A stretch of DNA of 64,000 nucleotides from Octopus sinensis (taxonomy: Eukaryota): assembly GCF_006345805.1 (NCBI RefSeq), contig NC_043001.1, positions 59,954,001-60,018,000 of the forward strand. The letters run 5' to 3'. The stretch's first letter is position 1. Each line of letters starts with the position of its first letter. A model generated the notes under the pieces. It saw only the letters and a program-made list of their open reading frames with translations. It was not told the DNA's origin and ran no database searches. This document shows, one piece after another, positions 12,725-26,323 of the stretch. The position numbers were made by a program, and so were the translations under genes.

Positions 12725-14157
12725 TTACGGTTGAGAAAGGGAGCATGACAGTTTAAATCTGCCCGCTTCCCCTTCTTCCTCCCTTGTGGTCGTAGCTGCA
12801 GGGCTCTTGACCGGCGTTGCCACCGGGCTCTGGGTAGGTGTGGTTGCCGGGGTTATCACAAGTTTACCCTCCAGTACTTCTTTTGTTACATCTCTAATCA
12901 GTCTGTTCTTTAGATGTTCCTGCAGTACTTCCTCCTTCCACCCGTCTTCCCCCACTTTTGCGAAGCGAGTGGTTGCTTTTATGTCTGTAGCCTTGCTAAA
13001 TAGTTGGAATTTTGAAAATTTATAGTATTTATATACCCTTTCGTTTTTTTCATCAAAAGCAATGATCTTATCATTTTTTTTAAAGACTTTTTCACATCTT
13101 GTTTTATGGGGAGGGGCTTGGCAAACTGTTTCCCAATGAAAACAGTGCCATGGGGGTAGGGCTGGGGAATTTGCTTTATGTGTGTGTCTGCGGTGCTTGC
13201 TGATTTTTTCCTTGTTTGGGGAGGGGAGTCCAGGGTGTTGTCTTTTTTTCTTTTGTGTGTCACCTGTGTAAAATCCATTTGTTCGGTACAATCCGTTTCT
13301 GTTTCTTTTCTTGTCGTCGTCTTGTTTTCTTTTTCCCCCTTCTCCCCTTCAGTGTTAGAAGCACTTTGAGGAGGGGCTTCATTGGTTTTCTTTTTTTTTA
13401 AGCAGTTCGAGCGGACGTGCCCCTTCTCGCCACATTTAAAACATCTGGGTCTGCGCCCCTCCACTGACACTCTCATGGACGTTCCATCTTCGTTAAATAT
13501 TCTATCGGGCAGGTTCTCCAATATCTTGTTCTCTGCTTGAACGAGGAGTTCCAGCGTCTGTCCCTTCCAGCGTACCTCCTCTTTCCTTCTCATCTGCAGA
13601 ATCGAAATCTCCCGCTCAACATTGTGCAGGACCGCCGCTGCTACCCACATAATATCATACCCTCTCGGTATGTCCTCTACCAGCAGTTTGGCTGTTCGTT
13701 TTCCCATATACGAGGGTAGCAGCATGATATCATCATTTTTCAGGGTCAATGATGACACCTCTCTTGCTACCTCAGCCGAGTCAAAATGCGCTTCAACAGT
13801 AGCGCTTCGAGCACCTCGAACGACATGGCGAATTTTGTCCCACACCGGGGACAAGCACTTTTCGACAATTTCATTCCTGACGTCCATAATTTTCTTTTAT
13901 TTGTAGCTATACACTTTGTATATCACTGTTTTCTCCTTTATCTCTTGTACCTTCGCTTGCGGCGGCACAAGTCTGATCTCGTTTCCTTCCATTTTCACCA
14001 AGTTCCTAAATTCGAACAGTTGTTCGATCTTGAATTCAACGTCCATCATGGTTCCGCCTACCGCGGCCGAAAAAGACTGTTTTGTTACTTCCGTGTCCTT
14101 TAATTCACTTGTTCCCATCGCGGGAAAATCATTCTTCGACGCCAAGTCGAAATCCAT
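12725..14157 (-). pseudogene. Tx1 ORF1 (gag-like nucleic-acid-binding protein with CCHC knuckle), split over three frames
   Basis: CFKCGEKGHVRSNC zinc knuckle in ORF 12979-13887; adjoining ORFs 13897-14157 and 12725-13291. Confidence 0.85.
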
Positions 14158-14669
14158 TTCTCAAAAAAATTACCTCGAAGGTAATAACAATTTTAAATAC
14201 AGAATTTTCTGCCCCGTAGGGCGAATTACCGTTACACAACGGGCACTGTTCAAATAACAATTAACACAATCAACGATAAGCAAAAATTCGAACTCTCTCA
14301 ACAAAAGGCAGCAAATTTCTCAAAACGCAGATGAAATAAAAGTATAATGGCATCTGGTATGTATGTTTAATGCCCTCTATATATAAATTAATATGTTCAA
14401 TAAGAAATAATTATTTTCGAAATTTTTTCTCTTATGAGGTTTTCACGCTATCTACCTGACAATTTCTTGTTAAGTTTTCCTTATTAAGTAGTTGTCCTTA
14501 ATTGCTAAATTTTTATTCCGAAAAAACTTTTCCTTTCCCGAAATGCAATTCGTAAAAGTCTGACATTTACAGGATGTAATATATGTAAACTCACTCATGT
14601 GCTTCGTTGATGTTGATCAGTTAGCTGATCGGCTTAAGCGAGGCAGGGTCGTTTATGTATGATACATCC

Positions 14670-14717
14670 AGGCCTGCTGATGAATACGTAAGTATGAAAT
14701 CACGGTGATACAGGTCT
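14670..14717 (+). ncRNA. Type I hammerhead ribozyme (identical copies at 15144-15191 and 15619-15666)
   Basis: aggcctg CTGATGA atacgtaagtat GAAA tcacggtga TA caggtct; predicted cleavage after A14710. Confidence 0.9.
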
Positions 14718-15802
14718 ATATTTTTTAAATATCTTACTTTGAAAAATTGCATTCGGTGGGATTAGTAATATTTTTGGTAGAAATGACTAATTGTCCCTCT
14801 TAGCGTGTGGCATGTATGTATAATGCCATCTGGCATGTATGTATAATGCCCTCTATATATAAATTAATATGTTCAATAAGAATAATTATTTTCGAAATTT
14901 TTTCTCTTATGAGGTTTTCACGCTATCTACCTGACATTTCTTGTTAAGTTTTCCTTATTAAGTAGTTGTCCTTAATTGCTAAATTTTTATTCCGAAAAAA
15001 CTTTTCCTTTCCCGAAATGCAATTCGTAAAAGTCCTACATTTACAGGATGTAATATATGTAAACTCACCCATGTGCTTCGTTGATGTTGATCAGTTAGCT
15101 GATCGGCTTAAGCGAGGCAGGGTCGTTTATGTATGATACATCCAGGCCTGCTGATGAATACGTAAGTATGAAATCACGGTGATACAGGTCTATATTTTTT
15201 AAATATCTTACTTTGAAAAATTGCATTCGGTGGGATTAGTAATATTTTTGGTAGAAATGACTAATTGTCCCTCTTAGCGTGTGGCATGTATGTATAATGC
15301 CATCTGGCATGTATGTATAATGCCATCTATATATAAATTAATATGTTCAATAAGAAATAATTATTTTCGAAATTTTTTCTCTTATGAGGTTTTCACGCTA
15401 TCTACCTGACAATTTCTTGTTAAGTTTTCCTTATTAAGTAGTTGTCCTTAATTGCTAAATTTTTATTCCGAAAAAACTTTTCCTTTCCCGAAATGCAATT
15501 CGTAAACGTCTGACATTTACAGGATGTAATATATGTAAACTCACCCATGTGCTTCGTGATGTTGATCAGTTAGCTGATCGGCTTAAGCGAGGCAGGGTCG
15601 TTTATGTATGATACATCCAGGCCTGCTGATGAATACGTAAGTATGAAATCACGGTGATACAGGTCTATATTTTTTAAATATCTTACTTTGAAAAATTGCA
15701 TTCGGTGGGATTAGTAATATTTTTGGTAGAAATGACTAATTGTCCCTCTTAGCGTGTGGCATGTATGTATAATGCCATCTGGCATGTATGTATAATGCCC
15801 TC

Positions 15803-15877
<75 letters not shown>

Positions 15878-15882
<5 letters not shown>

Positions 15883-16231
15883 CATGTGCATATATGGGTA
15901 AAAGACGCTACCAACACTAAACAACATGAAATACGAAAACAAATTAGTTCAAAACGCAAAAACTAGAGAAACAAATGGAAAACAGGATAAATAACATAAA
16001 GGACGACCTTTCATCAGTTGTCGTCTGTCTATCTATTCCTCATTTCGAGCATTCAACAACAATATGAACCTTCGAAGTGTTGCTCCCATAAGTACCAAAA
16101 TAAAATTTGGGATTTATGGAGGGTCAAAGTTGGGAACAAAAGTTCGCGTATTTGAACTCATTTGTTTTCGTATTTCATGTTGTTTACTCTTGGTGACGTC
16201 TTGTAGCCATATGTGCATGTGTAAATGTTGA

Positions 16232-16267
<36 letters not shown>

Positions 16268-16301
16268 TGTATGTATGTTTGTATGTATGTATATATATAT
16301 A

Positions 16302-16355
<54 letters not shown>

Positions 16356-17050
16356 GTATATGCATGTAGGTATATAGATATTTATATTATTAAGTGATTG
16401 AACGCCACGCATCCATTTCCAAGTAAGCTTATCTTAATTCTTTTGATGCGACTCTACTCTAGTCTGTTTTCTCCCCCATCGTTTCTCTCTCATACTTTCT
16501 CTAATTTCCTTTTCTCCCCTTCATAGTTTTCTGTCTCTGTCTTCCCCTCTTTCTCCTTCTCTCTCTCTCGTTGGTCACACGTGACCATTGTCCATCTTTC
16601 TTTTCCTTATGTGATCATCTTTCTTTCAGGACTCTTCTAACGACTGTACGTATCATATCTCTCTCTTCTGTCTTTTCACTTGTCAAAAAGAATATTATAT
16701 CCAGCATTCGCTATTCTACCTTCTTTCTGGTGTAACAACTCTCCATGTTTGTTTTCTTTCGGTTTCCTTCTATGTCTCCAGTGACTTGTTTTTGCTCCCG
16801 ACTTTGACCCACCATAATTCCTAAATTTTATTTTGGTACTCATGGGGGAAATTGTCTTCGAAGACTCATATTGTCGTTCAATGCTCGAAATGAGGAGTAG
16901 ATAGACAGCCGACAACTGATGGAGGGTCGTTCTTTATGTTACTTGTCCTGTTTTCCATTTGTTTCTCTTGTTGTTTGCGTATTGAACTCATTTGATTTGG
17001 TATTACTGTTGCTGATGTCCTGTACCCATATATGCATGTATATATATATA
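15878..17050. mobile_element. Non-coding two-armed element: inverted left arm (15878-16141) and a right arm longer than one unit (16142-17050), in TA/TG microsatellite
   Basis: 15880-16141 is the reverse complement of ~16788-17045; 16142-16230 repeats ~16972-17045. Confidence 0.8.
16865..16927 (+). ncRNA. Candidate hammerhead with unconventional strand order (inverted copy at 16006-16068)
   Basis: ctca-TA-ttgtcg / gctc-GAAA-tgag / cgacaa-CTGATG(G/A)-a(g/a)ggt; stems I and III pair in both copies, stem II is weak. Confidence 0.4.
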
Positions 17051-19269
17051 TGTAAGGACCTATGTGAGAGTTCCGTTATAGCGGGTATATATCATATCAG
17101 AGGAAAAAAATCAAAACAGAACGAGTATCTCTAGTCATATGCAAGATTCAATCATATACATCATGCTACCGATCTTAAAAGGAAACTAGGCACTTCTGTT
17201 TGCGTGTGTGCGTGTGTGTATGTGTGTGTGTGTGTGAGAGAGAGAGAGAGTCTAAACATGAAGTCTATTTTAGAAGAGTGCGTCCTCTTTTCCCGACACA
17301 TCCTAAATTTTTCACAGATTCAATTTATATTTCTAACGTGTTCCTAGCCAGAAATTATAATATTCAAATCATTTTATCGTTAAACGTCTGCGCTCGCGCG
17401 ACAAACACGTGAAAATACACGTACGCACACATAAACAAGCACACACCTACACACACACACTCACACACAAACAAACAACCACGGACTCACACTCACACGC
17501 AAGCACACACACACTAGTATACATTAGGTAAATGAAGTTGTGTCGATGAGTCAAAACATAATTAAAAAGGTAGACTACGTAAATGTCTTCAGATATTCTT
17601 AGTTGTTGAACTAGATTTACGCGTATTTGATAATATTTTTTACGTAGATACTGACAATTCATTATAATTTCAATTAAAATCACCGTAATCGCAGTTCTCC
17701 TTTCCAAACAGTTGGACTCGAAGCTTCAAAACCATTAGAATATTTACTATTACTTTTTTCATTTTTCTACATAAAAAAGCATTAAAATTCCAATTTATTA
17801 CTAATCATTGCCTGTAGCCTTCTTCAATTTTCTCTACATGATGCAGCGATTTTTTAATCTGTAATCTTTAGAATTATAATAAAAATATATAAATATACAT
17901 AAATAGAAATGTGTTTCATTATCGACTCTAGGAGAGTTAGGTTTTGTGCTTCTACGGCAATCTATCGCCATTAATTCCAAGATTTATGCGTGTCCAATAA
18001 TAGCTAATTGAAGTGCACAACGATTGTAAAATTGCTAACATTCGATTGATAGCGAAATTTATTACCAGCTTTCTTATCTATACATTCAATTGTATCAAAT
18101 ATCATTAAAATACAGCCATTTTTTAATCTTTATCTAAATCGCATTTCTATCCTCTAATCTATGATCGGATGAAGCAATTTAGTCTCATAAACTGCTACAT
18201 CATGCTGATAATCTTCTCTGATATTATTGTAATTCTGATATATTTATTTTATTTGAATTTGCATACGAATAGGTGCTACTCAATAGCTGAAATCACCTTT
18301 CCACGGCAAACGGATCGGTGCTAACTAAATGCAGTTTCCTTTAAGTGAGGTAACAAATATTTTTCTCGATATATTACTTGATAATGATGCAGTAATACAA
18401 TTCTTATCAGGACTACAGAAAAACAAAATAAATTTCAGTTTCTACTGAAGAGCGGGCACCAAGATATGCTTCAATATTGACGACTAAACAAATGTATCTA
18501 TAGTGATTTATGGCGATCGGATAAACTTGCAGCACAGAGTTCATATTAGGCCAACATTTTATAAGAATCACACAAGTACAGCTGATCCACAATTTTGATA
18601 TTCTCAAATTTATAACTATATTTCCTTTAATACATTCAGGAATGTTAAGTGTCACATAAATTATATTTGCTTTTAAGTTTGATATCTGACAAAGGTGTTA
18701 TACGCGTATTCACATTAAACACATAATAAACACGCATGCATATACGTTCATACCTGCATACGTCAACACACGCACGCACACAAACACACACACACACACA
18801 CACACACTTATACTCATATATATACATGTAAAGTCATGTGCTACTTACTTTAAGGGTTCTTTTTTTATACATATGATAAGAGAAGCATTCATTTTTAACA
18901 TTCTTTCTTTAAGTTTTCATGTATATTTACATATTACATACTGTATGCCATAGGGTTCAAATTACATCATTTTTACTTTTAAAATGTATGAGTTTAAATA
19001 GAACTCATATCAGACACTGCAACTGTAACAATGTCAAACAAGCTCTTCAGCAATATAAGCAGTAAGAAATGAAGCTTTAAATGCCCGGATATGACAATGA
19101 CGGTCTGGTAATTTTCACTCGGAAAATATATTTGTTGCATATACCCCTCCACCTGGAAGAACACTCTCTGTCTATACTGGGTTTCAGAAAACGCTATTCG
19201 GGAAAAATTCAAGGCATACTGTACAAGAATTAGCAACATATTTCTATTCATGCGACACTTCGATTATAA

Positions 19270-19990
19270 AATAACTTCATGAACTAAGAGTAGTGTCTAA
19301 ACTTAGTCAGTGAGCCATGCATCACTTGACTGCTACTTGGTTTAGTCAAAGATTTGCCCTCTATTTGTCATTGAAGAGTAGAGTGCTATCTATACGTATA
19401 TCCAAAGGCAACGACATTGCTTTGCAAACAATGAAAAAGAAGAATCCATCTCTAAACCAGGAATACATAGCCCCACACAAATTTTTGCTCTGTGCTTGGC
19501 ATATGAAAGGCGGCGTCTAGCATAGTGTTAATCTAACACAAAACAGTGAATGGGGACTTGTATTGTGGTCAGTTGGAAGTATTGCATAAAACTTTGGAAG
19601 GAATTATCTTATTACTGGACTCTGATAGTAACGTGTATCTCATACTTCAAGACCATATATCGACCAAGTCTCTCAGCAAAAGATCATGGTTTTAAGCATG
19701 GAGGATTAAAATCATCCCCTTATGCCTTTGCTCCATCTGTCTACCATTTCTTCGGATCATTGCAAGTTTATTTTGAGAGAAAACGGATAATTAAATATGA
19801 AGAGTTTATGAAGATGTTAAGTGTTTCTTATCACTGAAATCTGGTGGAAGTTACGCTCGAGGGGTCAATCATTTGGCAACTGGATTACGTAATCAATAAT
19901 GAGGGGAAATAACATTGAGTTGATACATAAAGGTCAAAGAAGCATTTGCTTCTTAACTATGTTCGAGACAAAACTTTGTTTCGAAGCTAA
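19270..19990 (+). mobile_element. Highly decayed mariner-like transposon fragment
   Basis: KFLLCAWHMKG and PYAFAPSVYHFFGSLQ resemble the mariner K.ML.VWWD.KG and YSPDLAPSDYHLF motifs. Confidence 0.5.
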
Positions 19991-20013
19991 CACATACACA
20001 CACACGCACGCGC

Positions 20014-20110
<97 letters not shown>

Positions 20111-20112
<2 letters not shown>

Positions 20113-20870
20113 GTCATCCCATTAATAATGCGGTTTTTTAAATACTTCTTTTAACTTTCAAAGTTAACACAGTTCTTTTTTTAATCTAATATATGCTCCA
20201 GTACAGTTTTGACCTCGTCTACAGAATTCCTATTTTTTCCGTCCGAATGATTTTGAAAACTGTGGAATAAATTATAATCAGATGGGGCAAGGTCCAGCCT
20301 TTTGAATGTCATCCTCACTGTATATGGTCCATCATTATCCTGATCGAAGAACACTTTTTTATCTTGAAACCGAAGATGATTGCTTTTCTTCTAGCGCTGA
20401 GTTAAGCCGCTCAAGCTGCTCACAATATATCTTTGTTATCCTTTGATTTGGATTTGAAAGTTCAAAGTGGTCAAAATCGTTCATATCTCATCAAAGAGGT
20501 AACAACACCTTACGTGGGTGAAGACCGTTACTAGTCTGGGGTGCCGGTGTTTCTCCTTTCCCTACCCACTCTCTATGGCGCTTGACATTTTTACAGAGAA
20601 CACTTTCTTGTCCCCAGTCACTATTCGATCCAAACATATTCATTCGTGAAACGTGACAGAAGGGCTCACATTCACTTTCTGTGCGTGATTAGACGCGGAA
20701 GGTTTGTGATCCAATTGCTGACTTTTCCGATGGCACGCAGGTGTCGATGAATGGTTGAATTATCAAATCCAAGCTTTTCTGCTAGTTCCTCAATAGTTAC
20801 AATGAGAATTTGTTCCACAGAGGTTTGCAGGATGTCCTCATCCAGCTCTACTAATCTTCCAGGACTGCTT
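20111..20870 (-). mobile_element. Decayed mariner transposon (same family as 35496-36755)
   Basis: TIR ggtcatcccattaataatgcggtttttt; VTIEELAEKLGFDNSTIHRHLRAIGKVS helix-turn-helix. Confidence 0.8.
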
Positions 20871-21478
20871 TTATAGGAAGTTGATACAGGTAGTTTATCC
20901 CGTCCCCTTCCAACATCTAGTTCAAGTGTAATAAAGACCATTATTTATGTTATGACCCAATATATATATAATCCGTGCTTCCGAGCGTCCGAGTGCAGGG
21001 AGTTTTTTGCTCCATGGAATAAGAGGCAGGTACAAAGAACAAAAAGTGGGCAGTACACAATTAGATACAATAATAATAGCTGCACATTGAGAGTTACACG
21101 TTTTCTATTATAGAAGTTGCGAAGAAATTGGAGAAGCTGATCGCTTCTATATCGTTCCCTGTAAGCAACTAATGTTGCCAAAACTCCGAAAGATAATTCA
21201 AATTTCTTCAGACAATCTAATCGTCATGAAAGTAATCTCATCCTAATGATTAGCTGCGTTGACTAGAGTTTATTGCATAGCAATTACATCATGAGCTTTA
21301 GTTAAAAAACATATGTAGCGTACATTTTACTTGTTCCTTACCCTCAATTTGTATATGTGTGTGTTTGTGTTTGTGTGTGTATATATATATATATGATTGA
21401 TTGATTGATTGATTGATTCTAGTTTCAGCTCATGAGCTGTGGCCATATATATATATGTATGTTTGTATGTATATATAT

Positions 21479-21796
21479 ACTCTTTTACTCTTTTACTTGT
21501 TTCAGTCATTTGACAGCGGCCATGCTGGAACACCGCATTTAGTCGAGCAAATCGACCCCGGGACTTATTCTTTGTAAGCCCAGTACTTATTCTATCGGTC
21601 TCTTTGCCGAACCGCTAGGCGACGGGGACATAAACACACCAGCATCGGTTGTCAAGCAATGCTAGGGGGACAAACACAGACACACAAACACATACACACA
21701 CACACACACACTCATATATATATATATACATATACATATATACGACAGGGATTTTCAGTTTCCGTCTACCAAATCCACTTACAAGGCATTGGTCGG
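21479..21796 (-). mobile_element. Octopus-type SINE, 5'-truncated, with extra 3'-tail fragments at 21410-21446 (-) and 21797-21841 (+)
   Basis: Reverse-complement match to 32188-32520 and 46105-46530; (aaaagagt)n tail. Confidence 0.8.
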
Positions 21797-21840
21797 CGCC
21801 CCAGCATGGCCACAGCTCGTGAGCTGAAACTAAAATAAAA

Positions 21841-21909
<69 letters not shown>

Positions 21910-22184
21910 ATATATATGTATATTGATTAATTGCAGCATCTAATACACTCAAGGTATTTTGATAATTATTAAGTTAAGGTCGAGAATATAATATCCTTGC
22001 ATTAAGGGTATATATCGTCATCATGCATGTATATACGGACTTGTCTTCTCTTTTACATACACATAGCACATATACTCATCAATATAGATATGTATGTGAA
22101 AGTAGTCCACTGTAAGTTCGAGATCCAACGTAGTGAAGATTTCAGGTATGGTGTAATATTAGTAAAAACTCAAATGGTTTGAAG

Positions 22185-22264
22185 TTCACTGCAGCTGTTT
22201 CTGACACATTTTAATTGATGAAAAAATCAATTACATCTTGAAGAAAGCGTTATCGCCAGGTGAA
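22185..22264 (-). ncRNA. Decayed type I hammerhead in a TA-flanked element (~21920-22540)
   Basis: ttcac CTGGCGA taa...tca GAAA cagctg CA gtgaa; stem I intact, two core substitutions. Confidence 0.5.
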
Positions 22265-22539
22265 TTAAAAATTAATTCTGATATGTAACATTCACGATTT
22301 GGCTCATAAAAGTTATGTGTTTACTCACTTATCCCAGAGAGTGACTATACAATGATAAGGTAAATCTTATATGACCAACGATCATAAACCTATCAAAAAA
22401 ACTATTCTATCCTAAGTCATTAATGGATAGTAAGAAGGACAGACCATAAGACACACTCATACCAGCGCCATTTTCCAGTCAGTGTCCATCAACTGTCATT
22501 TAGTGAAATATACATTACATACATCCATACAAAATTCTC

Positions 22540-22666
<127 letters not shown>

Positions 22667-23405
22667 GATATTATAATATTTGAATGAAACCGTTTTACTT
22701 TAATTTGTGGAATCAGTTGCTTCTGTATGATAAAACTTAATATTCATTTAGCTGTCAATCAGTGAGATATTACACTAAATCAATTGATGATCAGACAACA
22801 GAGTCAGTGGTTGTCAGTTTGTATTCTGTCATCTGTAACTTCAACAAGTATGGACCTTATGAAGTTTTGCTCATCATACATTGAGGGACAAATCTTTCAA
22901 TTTATAATTTAACAAACATAGTGTAGCATTTAGTACACTGTATATTACTCTTCATTCTTGTTGATCACCAAAGAAAATTGACTTTTAAAATGTGAATAAA
23001 ACAAACCTGCTTTTGTTTTCTAGATTTTCCACCCCATGTAAGCACAGGAATCAAACATTGGATTGAAAGAACTGAATAGTGGTATAGATATATACCCAAT
23101 TATTTCTTCTTGCTCTTTTTCTTCTTTCTTCCCTTCTCCAACGACACCCCTTCCAGATTCACAGTCACCCACACACGCACACGCACACACACACACACAC
23201 ACACATCTTCACGAAACAATAATAAAAAGAAATCCAGACAATTCTTTTTTGAAATGGCCGATTTCTGAAAACCAAAATCCATTTATAATTCCAAAAAAAT
23301 AAAAACAATAGTGGCACTGATTACTTTTAACAACTTGACCATTCCTCCTTAACATTTATTTCAGATACAAAGACACAAACACGCGCACCACACACGCGCG
23401 CACAT

Positions 23406-23446
<41 letters not shown>

Positions 23447-23494
23447 CTCTCTCTCACACACAAGACAATGATAAAAAAGAAATATAATTTATGG

Positions 23495-23960
23495 TCTTCT
23501 TTCTCTTCCTTTTCTTCCTTCCCTTCTTTTTCTCTAACACTACTTTAAGATACAAAAACACACACACACGCACACACACACATGCTCTCTCTCACTTTCT
23601 CCCCATTCATCACCCTCTTGTACTATCTTATATCCCTCCCCACCACTACACACTCAATAACACTATAAAATGGTCAAATTTTTTCCCCAAGATCCTATAT
23701 CCCCCTTGGAGTAAACATCCTGACCAACTACAACAGAAACCAGCAAAACAATTTTTTTTCTTCCCTCTCTCCATTTTGTTATTTCCCCTCTTTTTGTCTA
23801 ACACCACTTTCAGATACAAAAACACACATACACACGCACACACACAATGCTCTCTCTCTCTCTCTCACTTTCTCCCTATTTATCACCCTCGTGTACTATC
23901 TTATATCCCTCCCCACCACTACACACTCAATTACACTATAAAATGGTCAAGTTTTCCACA
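23495..23960. repeat. Diverged direct repeat, ~260 bp period, two copies
   Basis: tctaacac(t/c)acttt...caccactacacactcaa...cactataaaatggtcaa occurs twice. Confidence 0.8.
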
Positions 23961-24140
23961 GGAACTTAGTTCAATTTGAAAAATCAACCAGAATGGACGA
24001 AAGCGCTGATATATGATATCAGTTATATGATGTATAAAAACATGTAATATACAAATAAATATCTGTAAATATTATACCATCCGAATTTCTGAGTACCTCA
24101 TTTCTTCTAATATAAAATACCTGTACATCATCTCCAAACC

Positions 24141-24201
<61 letters not shown>

Positions 24202-25389
24202 CGTGGAAATTCTAAGGAATGGAAAACATGAAGAGAACCTATTTCAGAAAGCAACGGTGAATTGCATTTTTATATCATTCATAGTTTAGCTTTCACAAAA
24301 TATTCTTGACATTCGTCTACATTCATTTCCTCGTGTTACCGTCAGTGTTGTCTTTTTCTCGTTTTATAAAGTCTACTCACTGTTCCTCTCTGAACCATGT
24401 ACGACCATAATCACTACCACCACCACCACCACCACACCACCACCACCACCACCACCACCACCACCATCGTTATTTGCCACTCTCTCTCTCTCTTACTCAA
24501 TATATCTGCCTACCCTGTGCATCTCTCGCTACCTTTCCCTTCTCCACTCCACTGCACGTCGTTAGCACTTCTCTCTCCCTCTTTTTCACTCGCCGTCTTT
24601 TTCTCTCGTTATTTGATTCTACAATCACCTGAGCACGTGACGCAATTGACCTAAGTATATTAATACCAATCACCTTTCTCTACTTTTTCCTATCTTCTTT
24701 CTTCACGCCACCCTCTTTCTCTCTTTCTCAATCTTACTCCTGTCCCTCTATAGCTAATGTACAACGGTGGAAGGAACAAGCAGATTATTATATAGATGCA
24801 TATAAACACATATGTGTATATCTGGGTATGTGTATGCATATATAAATATGTATGTGTGTATGTGCGCATGCGAATATGCATAGTTTTCCTATATTATCAT
24901 AGTTGGGCACTATTTAGCAGGAAAATGGTGTCGATACGAGTGTATCTTACCATCCATTAATAACTTTATATATATATATACATACATGCATAAATACATA
25001 TATACATACATATATATATATACATATATACGTACATATATATATATATGTATAGCACACTGTTCCGTGAAGATATGTATGATCAACAAACAAAATACAC
25101 TACCCCCTGACAGAGAAATATTATTTAATTAGCACAGTATATATTTTCATTAGCTATTAATAGTTTCATGCGATAAAAGCAACTCAGGCAGCATTTTATA
25201 ACACGCCTAGAGCCCGAGGACTGCGTAAATCCACCGAACGTCTTATAAAATATTGTAGTATGAAGCTATTAAGAGCTCAAAAAATATATACTGCCTTTAT
25301 AAAATAATGGCTATACACACACACACACACACACATAAGGGTAAAATCTAGTCAGGATATAGCAGTACTCTCTCTCTCTCTCACACACG

Positions 25390-25430
<41 letters not shown>

Positions 25431-26214
25431 ACACACACATGTCACATACATACGCAAACAAGAATTTACAGACACATAAACCACAAATATTTTTGCATAT
25501 AATCGAAGATATGCATATGTACACGCTAACATACGCCAGCACAGATGCTAATTTTCCGCACGGGATGATGTGCAGTGAAAAGTACATAAAAAAAGAAGGA
25601 AAATGCATATATTTTATATATTTTGAATTTATTTTAAAGGATAAAATAATTTGATAGCCTAGTGATTTCGCGTTTCACTTATCATGACTCTGAAATTCGT
25701 GAAAATATTACAATTTTGTATTTTCTTCAAGAGATTTTAGTCCAAGTTGCATGCATGAGAGTTTGTAAATACACTTACATATAAAAAAAATAGTGCTGGG
25801 GGAGGTATTTGGTGATTGTTATTATTCGAAACAGAGGAGGTAATTGCATTGATTTTGGGACGTACACTTTTTTTATGGTAAACATTTGGGGAGGGTAAAT
25901 TAATATTATTTCTATTATGAATTTATAAACTCATGAGTTAAAGTAGTGGAATATATGCAAAGTTGGTTTTATACACACACACACGCACACACACACACAC
26001 TAATACACATGCACACACACACACACACACATACACACACATATATATATATATGCTATTATTAACAATTATTATAATGAATATTATAATTTTCACCTTT
26101 AAAAGTATTTTAATATGCTGGCCAGTTTGATGGAATTTATTTTGGAAAAAACTTTATCCTATATTAGAAATATATATGTGTGTGTATGTGTAGATATATG
26201 TATATATGTATATT

Positions 26215-26310
<96 letters not shown>

Positions 26311-26323
26311 TATACATATGTGT

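Larger units (their letters stand above)
9060..14341 (-). mobile_element. Full-length (~5.3 kb) Tx1/L1-clade non-LTR retrotransposon with 14 bp TSD
   Basis: ORF1 plus APE-RT ORF2; TSD gtataatgccatct (9046-9059) / gtataatggcatct (14342-14355); AATAAA at the 3' end. Confidence 0.93.
7913..15810. mobile_element. Retrozyme-like array A: 474-475 bp HHR-bearing tandem units in two divergent arms (inversion at 8917/8918), interrupted by a Tx1 LINE, flanked by (TA)n
   Basis: Unit starts at ~7913, 8387 and 8861; opposite-orientation units at 8918-9059 and 14342-15810; one HHR per unit. Confidence 0.9.

Noticed and set aside
7913-15810. Tandem units as a CRISPR array or plain satellite
   Set aside because: No repeat-spacer structure and a eukaryotic context; one ribozyme per unit and fixed termini point to an RNA-mediated origin
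17700-19250. Complex non-repetitive stretches (also ~45100-46050 and ~50300-52450) as host exons
   Set aside because: No recognisable protein motif or convincing spliced frame; small exons cannot be excluded without RNA-seq
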